DNA of 64,000 nucleotides, from the NCBI GenBank assembly GCA_043228905.1, contig JBHGNT010000006.1, forward strand, positions 5,766,001 through 5,830,000. Reading direction: 5' to 3'. The translations under genes and the position numbers were made by a program. This document shows, piece after piece, positions 15,201 through 34,459 of this stretch. This DNA comes from Azolla caroliniana. Taxonomy: Eukaryota > Plantae > Polypodiophyta. Position 1 is the first letter of the stretch. Every line of letters begins with the position of its first letter. The notes beneath the pieces were generated by a model. It did not search any database. It saw only the letters and a list, made by a program, of their open reading frames with translations, and was not told the DNA's origin.

Positions 15201-18200
15201 TTTCTAATATAGTCTAGACTAGTCTAGACAAAAAAGTCTAATTCTAGCATTGTTGGATAACAAAAAAGGCAGACTAGTCTAGACAAAATAGTGATCAATA
15301 TAATAATCTCAAATTTTATTATAAATGAGATGGCCCCTAGCAAAGGTAATGGTGGAACGTTCTAGAAGAGATACAATATCTCTTTGTCTCTGAGATAGCT
15401 GATGAATGTACATACTCACACAAATATGTTGTCAAGGTAACATTTTCAGATATAATGCCTTGAGAATGTGCTGGTATCAGAGATGAAGTTCATATAAGAT
15501 AAGATGCAAATGTGGCCTGGAATTCTTTATATGCTTATGAAACATGACACTGTACTTTCTGGGTTCATATCAGGCATCGTGCTCTTGGTTTACTGCCCCA
15601 GCCTCTTTATAGGCAATGTATGTAGTTCTCAAATTATTGAGTGCTCATCCATAACTATACAAACACGATCAGAGAATTCCCTAGAAGACATATCCAAGAG
15701 TCGATTTGGAAACATATTTCAAATCTATGGATAGTACTGTACCATCGTATCCTTTCTCAATGTCACAAATTGAGGATGAAGCATACAGTTTGATGAGTTC
15801 AACTCACAATGACCATTACGTTTGGTGGCACATTTCCAGTACATTTGATATTATACTGTTTTTTATCCATTGAAATTTTGTTGACATTTGAAGTTTAAGG
15901 AGCTGGGTTTTAATACCTTTAGGTAATGGGCAAAAGGATGCTGTTCTCGTCTGTGCTGTGTAAGATTAGCATTCTGGAAGGCATTCCATTAAAAGAGATA
16001 AATGTTGCAGTGTCACAAGACACTGCTTCATGGAGCCGTTGTCAAAAATGATAAGAGGGCCATCCAACCCTTGCAGTATGACTTGCTTTTTTAGGAAGGC
16101 AAGGCTTCCCATTCCATTCAAAAATCGCAATATGAGACATCAAGTTCTAGTAGTAGTGTGTTTTCCCAGCCCCCTGGCTTTGGTGAAGGGGGTTCCTTCC
16201 TCCTTGCCATATCGAAGCTTATTACAAAGTGTCCTTCCTTTGTGTTTGGGCGTGTCATCTAGTGCTTCGTTGATGTCAATGACTCACATTGATTTGTCTC
16301 TCATGCCGCATCCGCTCTTCTTTTACCCAGACATATTTTTGGCAATTTTGTAGTGTTTTCTAGAATTTATTTGAAACTGATTATATCGGTATCTCCATCA
16401 TCAATGCATTTTTTGTATGGTGGAAGACGTAAAAATGAGCCACAGAGTATATATAAATTTTGATAGCAATTAGTAATAGATATTCAGCTTCATTTGAAGA
16501 TCATGTGTACATAAATTACATATTATATCATTGTTAATCAAGTTACTGGAAAACCACAATGTGATGATGCACTGTGTTTGCAATGGTTCCTAGACAGTGT
16601 ATCATAACTATGTATAAAATGAAAACACTGAAGACTATTTTTCAATATAAAAACACATTATTTAATTGAAGGAAGAAGTTTGTTTGTCAATCGATCAAAG
16701 TTTGCTCTGTATATTTAGGCTTCATATAAACTCTTCAACAAGGCTTCTCAAAACTATAGAGACAGTGCCTAAAAATCTTATTTAGTTTATTAATGCTTCT
16801 TTTTAGAGGGACAAAAACAATCTCTGACATGAAATGATGACATCTTCCTTGTGTTGCAGGCAGGAACGTATGTTACAGAGGAAGTTACCAATGCATTTGT
16901 AGTGGTCATTAGTAATGCTATTGACTTACAAGGTTACACAGTGCGGTCTTTATATCGAGCTTTTCAAGATTGGGCTGGACAGGTTAGACTTCAAGAGTTT
17001 GGAATATAAGGTCTTATGTTTAGAATCTCATGCTATGGAATATTCAGGAATCATTTGCACAAGTAACGGTTTGGTGCATTGGAGAATTTGGTGAGATGCT
17101 TATCAATCATGTTCATGAGCTAGAAGTGGAGGAACCAATTACTGTAAGCCAACTGCATTCTTGTTATGTTTTCTCTAACTGTAATATTACTGTACATATA
17201 GCACCACTTCATTGAACATATACTTGCAAATGAACTACCTCTACGAGAACTAGAATCAAGAAGAAAATACATGTTTTTTTCTCAGTTACTACTCTTGTTG
17301 AAAAAGTTCTTCAACAGATATTAACATTGATAAAGTCAATTTCATATGGTAAACTAAAGAAGAACACGCCTTAACTAAGTTTTAAAACAAATAATTTTCT
17401 GAAGATATGGAATGCCTTATTGCGACAACATTCACATGTGAAGTCAAAAAAAACATTTTTGTCAGGTGACGGAATCAGACGTGGTGGATATGGTTGAAAA
17501 GGTTGTCAAGGATCCTCGAGTGAAACCTGATACGCATGCAATAGCACTCACGGCATTGCTAAAACTCTCTTCTCGGTTTCCTGTTTGTACAGGGTTAGTT
17601 TTATATAGTTTTAGCATTTCTATTTCTAATCATGGCTTTATCTACACCTCAGATTGAAACTTCCCGAACTAGGTAAAAAGTATTATATGTCCTATATCAT
17701 ATCACCAGAATCTACTACTTGGTGTTCCAGTTGAAATCTGATCCTTGTTTTCCTTTGCTTTTGCAGGCGCATCAAAGATTTGATATCACAAAATAAAAGT
17801 AGTTTTTTCTTGGAATTACAGCAAAGAGCAATCGAGTTTGGATCTATTCTTACAAAGCATCAGAATATTAAGTGAGTTAATTTGCTTAAAGAGATTTAGA
17901 TGTAATGATCAGCCATAAACTTGCTGTGATAATATTTTTTGGTATAATATTACCAATTTTCATTTGATAAGTTGGATCACAAATCAGGGACATAAAACAG
18001 AGATTATGAATATAGCGCAATATAACTATATTAGTAGAAAAGCTTATGGGGCAGATGATCACATATGGAGCCATTTCATAACAAGATAGGATGTGGTTTT
18101 TTCATGTAGAGCATAGACAATCTTTTCCTACTGATATTTTGGGCAACGAATATTCAGGGAAGCACTTGTGGAAAGGATGCCAGTGCTGGATGAAATAGCA

Positions 18201-19716
18201 TATGCTGCGAAAAGGTCTGATGAGGTTACAATTGGTATTTCTACCTCTAATGGAAAAGCTGAATCGATATCTGCTTCAACCACAGTCAAACCTATTACTA
18301 ATGGACACTCCAAAACATTCACTACACCCACAAATGCCTTGATGGATCTTCTTGATTTATCGGTCGAGGATGTTCCTGCTCCTTCCCAATCACCTGGTGA
18401 TTTTCTCCAAGACCTGTTGGGTGTGACATCAGTGCCATCACCCTCAAATGCTACGACTGGTAATATTCTCTCAGAAACACATCAAGGTTCTATAACAAAA
18501 GAAACCTATGCTTGACGTTTGTCTGAGACTTTTATGGCTTCTATGGATTTTGGTACACAGCTCAGCCCTCAACTGGGGGTGCAAATGTATTGTTAGATCT
18601 ACTCTCTCTAGGAAATGCCGATTCACCACCCATCATACAACCATTGCCGTCCATTCCTCTTTTTGAAGGAACCCAAAACTCATTGTTGGATTCTTCCTCA
18701 GACACAAAAGTTACACCATCCACAAATGGATCAACAACAGGTCTGGGAGGTGCAGATTTGTTTGGTGACTTTATCACGCCAACCACCAATTCAGATCACA
18801 AGGGTAAACGCTAATTTTTCAGGGTTCAGTGTTAGGATTTAATTTCACTATTTTAATTTCGTGTACATCCTCCATTGTATACAGCGAATATGCAATTCCC
18901 ATCTGTGGATGTCTATTTGAGCAAATCATTGAAGGTGACATTCAACTTTTCGAAAAATCCTGGTAAACCTCAAACGACCATGATAAAGGCTGAGTATACA
19001 AATCTATCAGATACACCATATATGGACTTCATTTTTCAAGCAGCTGTTCCGAAGGTAACACAAAAAGGTGTCATGTAGATAAATTTATTTTGGTTGCTTA
19101 GGGTCACCAATTCCTGTTTCTTTTGATATATTTTATCTTCAATCTCTGTCTTAAATGTTTTCCAGCAATTTTTACTTTCAGAACCTGCACATTGATGTGT
19201 GCGTGCGTAATATATTAACTTCACAAAGTTCAGCATATTTTATTTGATATATAACATTACCAAGTACTGCATATTTTATTTGATATATAACATTAGGTAT
19301 TGTTTCATTTGACTTTTAGATTAAAGAGACTAGTGCTTTTTGGATTATGTGAAAAAGATTAGTTGTATCGCTTATTCCTGCTGTGATTGTAAAGCTCTAG
19401 ACTGTTTTCTTTCAGTTTATGCAATTGCATTTAGAACCTGCAAGTGGCAGTGTTCTTCCTCGGAATGGAGAGGGTGGAATAAAGCAAAACATTACAGTTC
19501 ACAACAATATGCATGGACAGGTAAGGATTTAGGGTTTACTGCATCATAAACTATGTAAAAGTGTTTTGTATAAATTTTCTAAAAGTTTGTGCATTTTCTT
19601 ATTTGCTTTTTGACCTGCAGAAAAATCTGGCAATGAAATTAAGGATTGCATATAAAATTAACAATCATGATATGCTGGAGCAAGGCCAAGTTACTAATTT
19701 TCCTCAGGGTCTGTAA
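9283..19716 (+). CDS. AP1G: AP-1 adaptor complex subunit gamma (gamma-adaptin)
   Basis: Exons 9283-9299, 10800-11102, 11190-11331, 11547-11720, 13415-13591, 13794-13948, 14084-14174, 14623-14786, 14872-14926, 16860-16982, 17048-17143, 17466-17593, 17767-17871, 18158-18459, 18561-18803, 18885-19054, 19416-19520, 19621-19716. Diagnostic peptides [37 protein letters not shown] and [12 protein letters not shown]; hinge LMDLLDL; ear domain [19 protein letters not shown]; C-terminus [12 protein letters not shown]. Confidence 0.96.
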
Positions 19717-21159
19717 GGAGATGATTGATCGGAAAAATCATGTGTATATCTAATGGTTTTAGCTACAAGGAGCTGATGGGTACCCAGCTTACGCCTTTTC
19801 AGATGACGTCGGAATTTTATACATGCATTGGAGATTCAGCAGTTTTGATGTCGATATTTATTCATTCTTGACCGGATCAAATTGTGAGATTTTATTCTAA
19901 ACCTTAAATTGATCTACGCCTCATCCAATGGTGAAGACATTTTAACAAGGGAATGCATTGAGGCTATAAAAAGTTAGTCATTTGCTATCTGTTTTGTTGT
20001 ACCATTGGAAGAGTCTTCTTGATCAATATGATGAATGTATCAGAGCATCGTGAGGATACCTTTTTTTAAAACAGTATATTACAGTTGTAAATCAGTGACT
20101 GCATAAATGGCTATAAGTATTTATGCAAGACTACTCTTGGCAATTAATATTATAGCATTGATCTGTCTAGCTACATTATTCTAAGATTCAGGAAATAAAT
20201 GGGTAGATTTTGAAAAGGCATGTTTCTATTATATTCATTGCAATTTAAATTATCAGGTCAGATTTTCTTGCAGTTCGGCTAAAAGGTATTTAGTTTGACT
20301 GTAATTTCAATTTGCTGAAGAACGCAGTCCTGTGATTCTATCTTTTGAGGACCTTTTCTTATATTATAGAATTGAGGGCTTCTGGTGCCAATGTGAACAG
20401 TGAACGGAGAATAAATGTGAGAAGCAACATCTATGTAAATAAACGTGGCAAATAAAAGTATTGCCATATTACTGGAAAGACAATGCATATGTACATTAGA
20501 ACGTCATGAAGGTCATTAGAAGGTCATGAAGGATTTTATTTCCAATAAAATGCTGTGTATATATTGGGGGAATGCCATAGGGAACCAAAGTGGTGAATAA
20601 AATGCAGTTTTAACTATCAAGTGAACACATCTCATTTAAAAGTATTGTACTGACAACTGTAATTTACAAGTAATTACATTACTGATGAACTATGGAATTC
20701 TTAAATATGTGCGAAGGGGGTGAATCAATAGCATCATTGAAAGAACTCCACTGCATTTTAAGACTGCATTATTCGCATCCCTTCCTAAATCCATCTGTAC
20801 ATTTTGCAAATATCTGAGAGGTTGTTCCTTCATGACTTCATCTCTATAGAAATAAAGTATATGGCAGGTGAATATGCTTTGCAGCATCTCCATCCAAAGG
20901 TGAAAATAAACCACAGTAATTATTCTTGACATAATGTCCATAATGTCCAATGGCATTCTTGACATTACTGTCAAGAGAATGTACTATTGATATACTGGCA
21001 TTACATTATTCCCAATATTGTTGATATCAGGTTCATAAAAAGGTATTGCATTATCAACGAAATTCTTGACAGTGAAGGGCACCCCGTAATGTGATAACTA
21101 TAACAGACATGACAAATCTAATGTATGTCTTCCTACATGAAATATTGGTGCCGCTACAA

Positions 21160-21255
21160 CATAAATGTTTATTTAGCATATTGTAATGATATTGTGAACT
21201 GCACATAAATGTTTATTTAGCATATTGTAATGATATTGTGAACTGCACATAAATG
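21160..21255. repeat. Tandem duplication of ~44 bp
   Basis: acataaatgtttatttagcatattgtaatgatattgtgaactgc occurs twice in tandem. A second imperfect duplication (aacaagggtatgctaaaaggg...catgaaggcatgca) lies at ~21357-21490. Confidence 0.85.
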
Positions 21256-21999
21256 GAATCCAAACCAGCTTGCTTAGTTTCTTACTTCCTATTCAATTTA
21301 TAGTCATACAAAGGTGTACCCATTTGGGTTGGCTTTACTTAGCTACATGCGTCCTAACAAGGGTATGCTAAAAGGGTGGCTCAACAGAACACATGTACAC
21401 CATAGCATGAAGGCATGCATGCATGCTAAACAAGGGTATGCTAAAAGGGGCACAAAGGAACACATGCACGCCCAACATGAAGGCATGCACTTGCATCCAA
21501 GGGACACCACAATATCAGTTCATTAGATTAACACTTACTGTGGCGGAATAAAACACGAATTCCACAAGGGAGAGAGCCACCCATATTTCGAATTTTGTAA
21601 CATCTACTTCTGAATTAAGTAGAAGAACACAATTTCCACTCAGAGAATGCAAACTGATATCCCAAATTTCACGAATTCTATTTCTGAAGTGAGTAGAGGA
21701 ACACAATATCCACTTGTGGAGAGCAAACCCATTATCTTGAATTTCACAATTTCGATTTCTGAAGCAAGGGTATACTATATTAGCACAAGTTACTTCATTG
21801 ATCAAAACTCGTAACAATTGAAAAGCTGATTCTGTAACAAAAATTGCTAGCCATCACAATCTAAAAGTAGAATTTTTCTACAACAAAATTGTTAGCTGTC
21901 AATAGAGTTATATCTGAGCCCTGAGAATTGAAGCAGAGATATGTACATTCAATAAGACAATAGATACCCTTTCAGATGACACGTTGTAATGAAGTCTTT

Positions 22000-27562
<5,563 letters not shown>

Positions 27563-27880
27563 ACTCTATATATCTGATAAACATGGAATAGTGTCAGAAA
27601 GCAAGGAGAAAAGAAAAAGAAACGTACAGAAGCAAAAACAGAAAACAGAAAGAGAGAGAGAGAGAGAGAAAGAGTTAGAACGATTTAAAGGAACGCTTAA
27701 ATACATTCTAATTGAAAACTCGGGATCATCAAGAATCCGCAAGACAAGGAGAGAAATATTGACATGGAATGGAGAGAGGGGAAAGTGAAAATCGCATGGA
27801 AACCTGTAAAAATCGCATGCAAAGAGACAGGAAAGGCCTCAGAGAAAGAAAACGCTGAGAAATGTTGGCACAAAGATAGG

Positions 27881-27915
<35 letters not shown>

Positions 27916-28004
27916 AGAGTTAAGCTACAGACCTGTTGAGATGATCGGATGTGATTCAATCTTTCTGGTTGGTTTTGGGAGGGGCGGCGACGCCTGGCGG
28001 TGAG

Positions 28005-28484
28005 CTATATAGTTGATGCAAATACGATCGAAAGAGGAGCGAGATGTGCGAGAAGACAGGAGCAGAGAAGGTGGGAAGGGATAGAAGGAGCAAAAGGAGC
28101 TTCAATGGCGTCTCCTGAGCAGTTCCAAAGCCTTCTGAGGGGAACAGAGCAAGCAGAAGCAGAAGCAGAAGCAGAAGAGAATGCGCGGGAAATGAAATGG
28201 AGGGTTTTTCTCTGTTTCTTTTGCTTTTTGCTTTTTGCTTCCTGCTTTCTGCTTTTTTTGCCTTTGCTTCTTGCTTTTGTTGGTTTTGTTGATTGGTTGT
28301 GTGGGAGTACCATTTGGGACTCTGGACTCGGACCACATTTCTTTCGGGTCGGCCGGTCGGGTGTCTTCTTACTTCCTCCTTCAAGGGGAGGCATAGTAGT
28401 AGCAATAGCAGTAGCAGTCGGAGCAGCATCCGGTAGCTGTAGAGCTCCTGCCTGCGAAGAACGCCGACTCGCAGCAGTTCCCAT
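28005..28484 (-). other. Low-complexity ORF (159 aa) upstream of DDM1; coding status uncertain
   Basis: ATG-initiated ORF MGTAASRRSS... with a Lys-rich centre. It overlaps long ORFs in other frames and contains (GCAGAA)n and (TTTTGC)n microsatellites. No recognisable domain. Confidence 0.25.
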
Positions 28485-31400
28485 GTCAGCTCTCTAACAC
28501 CTGGTCGAGCCTCGTACAAACAGTTAGTTGTGTATCTATGTATAGGCATTCTGTATCGGTCGACGAAAATTGCCCCTTCTTCACCGCCAATGTGTATATT
28601 CCCCCGATCGCCTATATCTCATCATAGGATTGGTCTTATGTTCTTAAAGCCAGACTACACATTCCCTAGATAATGGAAATATTTCCTTCATAAAAATTGT
28701 GCCATGCATTGACTCGACTTGGAATGTAGAGCATGATTACAAATTTTATTGCCTCCTGTCTCGCTCTGTGGCAAATGAAAAACAATAGTGTAATTCATTT
28801 GTGATGTTTCATTAAACAATCATACGATTGTTCTCTATTTATTGGTAAAGAACATAAACTCGATGGTTTGGAATCTGGATTGATTGAAGATTGCAACATA
28901 TATGGTTGCATGACATCAAGATAGTCCATGATCTCCAATTAGTGAACCAAACATACACAAAACCAAAATTTATCACACGTGTGAAGTACAAATAAATATC
29001 ACGAGTGTAATTATAGTTTCACTCGAAACTTGAATACGTTGTTGCCTCATAGACATGATAGATTGACCAATGAGAGACATTGCAAACGAGAGTGAATGAA
29101 TTTGTTATGCACGTTGTGGAATAAAGCAAGAATGTGAACACCTTCCATGTGCTTGTCAGAAGAGTTATCTTAGCCCTTGTTTTTATATTGCCGCTCAATG
29201 TGGCGAAAGACTTCAATTATTAGGTATCATCGGTTGACAGATTTCTAATAACGAATTCAATGTGAATAAAACGCATGAATTAGGTTGGGTTCACAAATGC
29301 ATTGGGAACATGCCAAAATGTTGTGGCTTTGTTTAAATTTTTTATACTCTCAACATGTAATTCAATGTTTACGAAAAAACATTTCAAACATAAGCCAGTC
29401 AAACATTTTAACATTGTATTCGTGTGAAAGAAATCATACATGATAATAAATAAGTGCTTGATATTCATGTAATGTAAGATTTAAAACTTGTCTTGTCAAC
29501 TTGAAATCTAGGTCGTTAGTAGTCCATAAACACAAACTCAAAGCGATAGGGATGCGACTATTTCAAACTCACAAATAAAATGTTATATTGGATTGAGTTC
29601 ATTTGTTGTTTATCGTGATTCCAACAAAATCATATTCTCATGTGTCGGTGTGTGCAACAATTGTGGATAGATAAAGCATCAATTTTTTCGCTCTAAAGTA
29701 GCTTGTTTAGTCATCTCAATGCATGGTATTGTTGGACATGCTCGTGTTATGAAAATCAAATGTCGGTCCCACACTACTATGGACTTGCTCTTTCACTGTA
29801 ACATTTGTACAAAGACTAATCTTTATCATAGATTCCCTAGCCAAAGGTTTGGCAAACACTTTTGGATATTTGGACAAACTTAGTGCGTCGTATCCAACAA
29901 TGCCTATTTTCTCCAATGGACACGATTTTTGGGCACTCTGGACCATTTGGACAACCCGCAATAATAAGGTCTTTGATTGAAACTAATTGCATGAAGTTAG
30001 CTTCTTTAAGCAATCCCTCTGGCAATCTCTATTTGATTGTCTGCAACTTAGAGACATCACACTACAAATTTACAATCTTTATTTTGAGTGCTTTTAGGCT
30101 CTTTAGCGTCTAATCGACACTTATATATTTTTCTTTATTCTTTGTGGGTTTTCACCTCACTTTGAGGTTTCCCACTAGTAATAAAAGTGTTGCTAAAAAA
30201 ATTAATATGAAAATCAAATGTTTGACAAACCACTTGGACATAATGTCATGGTATATATCATTGCAATCGTATTATCGACAATAATTTCAACAATTTCACT
30301 AGCCTCTTGTACAAAATGGATGTTTGTTTATTGGTTTGTCGTATTATCGTTGTAAAATGTGAAGCTAAACTTATAAAACACATTCACTTCAATCTATTGA
30401 CCGGCAATAATGATTATTTGTGGCAAAACATTTCTTAAGCATGCAACATCTAATTAAATATTTCTCCAACCATTTGAAAATGGGCAAATATTTGGGAGTT
30501 TCCAAGTATGTTGGGTTTAGGTCAATTTTTTGAAAGACGGCCTCAACTCATACCTCTTGTATGACTTCACTCCCAAGATAAAAGAGTCGACTAACTAATG
30601 CATTTGTAGTGTCAACATCTCTTCAAATAGCATTAGATGAATCTCCATATCACACAACACAAAAAGTATACAAAACAGTTAAAACTTGCATGTGTGTTGC
30701 TACATAAGAGAAATAAACAATGATATTATTTTGTTGCATCATAGATTGTCATATGGCCCACCTATATTACAAACTACAATACATACATAATGATGTGTGC
30801 ACAACTACCTATTAGGATTTCTAAGCCACGCAATGCACGTTCACTCATGAATCGAAATGCATGAAATAGAAAGGATGGAATCTAATATACACGGATGCGA
30901 TGGTGGAACAACTCAGCAATTGAAATTCCAAGTCATCATCCATTAAACTATATCCATTTGTTCAAATTATAAGGAATGTGTATGTGTATTTACATAGACA
31001 TACACATATGCTCATGCTCGTCATCTAAAAGTTAAATTGATAATTGCTAATGAATTTCCCACTTTGGTGCGTAGAGTTCTCTCTTTTGATGCCTAAGAAA
31101 TGCAAAGAACGTTTACGTGGATGCAATGATCAAACGCTTTATGGAAAAAGAAGGAAATCTTCGAACATTAGTCATGACAATCAAATGGTTAATGTTTAGC
31201 ACCAGAAACTACGAGCATTGTTGCCATATTCAGGGAGACATTTACAAGTCAAACACAGAATTCATGTGTCGTTCTCTTGTTCGTTTGCTTCATGAAAGTC
31301 ACACCCCCGTGAAGGTCTAATTTAGTGTCTATTGAAAAATCGGCCTCTCGTTATCCCAATACCCTAAGTGTTAGTTTAAACTCAAGAGATCCAAAGAATA

Positions 31401-33149
31401 TGTCTGTGAATGAAAAGCAAAACTTTTTTAGCCATATAACTCACAAATTTCTCCCAGTATCCACAATCTTTGCCCAATGTAATAGTGTTATTAAAATTAA
31501 AGTTCTATGGAACAAAGAGAAAAAATGATAAAACCTTAACACACTAGGATCATGAGCATGTTCACTTGACTCCTTGCTAATGCTTGAATGTTAGTAATCT
31601 ATTATTTAAACATTGCATTAAGGGTCCATAGTGTTGTGTGAAAGGGCTTTGGATATGTGAGTGGCATGGGTGGGTGGAACCTCTATGGTTTTGAACGGAA
31701 GATGGGTCGGGTTGATGAAGATATATCGAGGACTTGGTTAAATGGCATATGTAGAATAACCGTAAGAAAGAAACACTAAAAGTAGACAAAATCGAGCTCC
31801 TTGTATATTATTTACATAGAAGCTTACATTATACATATGATAATGATAATCTTTGCTAGCTTCTCTCACCTCTCGTGACCCACACACACATTTATAAATG
31901 TCCAACCATGCCAGGATTGGTGAGCACATAACACCACATTGGGTTCGTGGATTTGTCTAAGTTTATAGAGTTAGCTTCAATGTATTTGGGCATGGAGTTT
32001 CTTATTAATCATATTTAGTATATTAATTCATGGATCTTGATTGTTTATGACATTCTTCCTTATCGGTAGTTACGAATAATACTTCCCAAGTCGTAGATAC
32101 GGAGTTGAAACACTTTATCATGCACATTTTTTTACAAATATTCCAATATTAATTTAGATAGTAAATTATTCAATTAGTCTACTTAGTTATGATGCTCGGT
32201 TTGGCAGGCAAAGTGTCATAGGTAGCATGGCATCGTATCCATACCTGTAGAGCTTAAAACAAATGCATCATATTGTTGAGAAATTGAATGAGCGTCATAT
32301 TTATGGGATTCCATGGCTTCGTTTCACAATGTGAACTCATCTATGTTAAAGAGTAGTAGAAAAATGGTGGTTATGCTCACGAGAAAGTGAGCTTAAATCA
32401 TTTTATTAATAGAATGATTATACATATGTTTGGCAGGCAGGGCAAGAGTTTAATATGTCACTCACATGGAAAGCAATTTGGTCCAACATTTTATCATTTG
32501 TGACTGAAACAACATTGCCAACCTCAACATCTAGTTGACCAATCACACACCCACGACATACAAAGAGCTTAGGACAATCTCTTCGTATGACCCCTTTCAC
32601 GTTAGGTTAAGTGTCGCAAGAGCCAGGAAGGAGCATAGACAAACACATAGTGAAATATGAATGCAAAAAACATGGTTTGGTGGAAACCTTGCGAGGGTTT
32701 GATTGACAATGCGTACGGAGGTTGATTGCCTCAAGAATACGAATGTTACACATGGTTGTACGAGACATCGATAAAAGGCAACGAGGATTCAACGAGAGGG
32801 CAATGAATGTGAAGGCTGAAGAAGACATCGTCAATCTGAACGAAAAACATGTGGCTTATACAAAACCCCAGAGCATAATTTGGATGAGGATTTGATTGAT
32901 GGTGTGATGTGATGCTTACAAGGACTTTCATCGCAATACATTGGTGTTATACAATGGTGTGATGGTGGGGACTCAGACTTTCATTGCATTCTCCTCGACA
33001 TTCTCATCGGGTCATTTTTTTCTTATACAAACAATTTTGTGTTGCATCTGGATCCACGAGGCACATTCGGCCCCAAGGCAGGGACAGGAACAACCTGGCC
33101 AAAGTAAAGATGGCCCTTGGAGGGTTAGCAATTGGAACATGGTGGAGGG

Positions 33150-33362
33150 GGCACATACATACATGATACATACAATACATACATACATACATACAATACA
33201 TACATGCATGCATGCATGCATGCATATATGTATGTATGTACACACATATATAAATATACACAGAATTAGGCTTTGTGTGAGAAAAGAAGACATGATGATG
33301 ATGATTGATGCATGTGAATAAGCTCTGACAGAATAGAACAGAACAGAACAGAACAGAAGACA

Positions 33363-33413
<51 letters not shown>

Positions 33414-33506
33414 AGAGGTGGGAAAAGAGTCTTCCTTTTATTTTAGTTTGGCCAATTTTGTTTCATTTTCTGTGTACATGGAGAGGAATCAGAGAGACAG
33501 ACTGAG

Positions 33507-33543
<37 letters not shown>

Positions 33544-33562
33544 GAGGAAGAGAACACAAGCA

Positions 33563-33625
<63 letters not shown>

Positions 33626-33644
33626 GAGGAAGAGAACACAAGCA

Positions 33645-33697
<53 letters not shown>

Positions 33698-33820
33698 CAG
33701 AGAATGAGTGAATCCATTAGGAAAAGGAGCATGGAAAGAGAGATTGAGTGATTTTGGCTTTGCCTTCTCATTCACACAAACAAAATTTGGTTCAGTTTTG
33801 TTAGAACTTAGACTAGCGCT

Positions 33821-33864
<44 letters not shown>

Positions 33865-33975
33865 TGGGTTGGTTCCTTTTGATCCTCCAACAAAATACAT
33901 TGGCCCCTGTTTCTGTTTCTCACAGTCTTCTTGAGTCTTCTTCTTCTTCTTCTTCTTCTTCTTCTTCTTCCTCTC
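33150..33975. repeat. Compound microsatellite field upstream of the carboxylesterase gene
   Basis: (TACA)n/(TGCA)n at ~33153-33245, (GAACA)n at ~33336-33358, four long (GA)n tracts at 33364-33695 with a duplicated spacer gaagaggaagagaacacaagcaagagaggaaggcaaa, (CT)n at 33824-33858 and (TTC)n at ~33937-33970. Confidence 0.95.
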
Positions 33976-34459
33976 ACTTGATCTATCTACTTGTGTTCCG
34001 TATCTTCATTTTCTTCTCTTTCTTCACAAACAAATTCATTGTTATCTTTTTTCTTTTCCACACATTCCTTTCCGACATCGATATATATGTATGTCTGTTT
34101 GTTTATTCTGTTTCTTCATAAATTCACCGTATTTCCATCTTGTTCTCTGTACCAAGTGCTCTGTTTTCTTGTACAACAGAAAACATGTTCGTTTCTAAAG
34201 CAGAAAACGCTATGAAATAAGATCCTGGATACATTCTCTGCATGTGGTTCTCTGTTTTATTCACAAAATGTATGACATCAATCCTCTGTTTCTCTTTCCG
34301 TGGTGTTCTGTTTCTTCACGATTCCATTTTTCCATGCTTTTCTTTTGAGTCACTTTGCCGAAGATTCAGAACCAGAGACGGGTGCAAACAAGTACATATA
34401 TATATATATATAGTTATCCAGTGCTAAAGCTCTAGGTTCTCAATAATTGATACAAAGAT

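Noticed and set aside
15205-15295. Palindromic TAGTCTAGACTA repeats in an AP1G intron
   Set aside because: Short, with no TIR/TSD structure discernible; probably a MITE relic or local duplication.
33004-34215. Several 90-137 aa ORFs (EREREREE, LSLSLS, CMYVCM)
   Set aside because: They are translations of (GA)n, (TACA)n and (TTC)n microsatellites.
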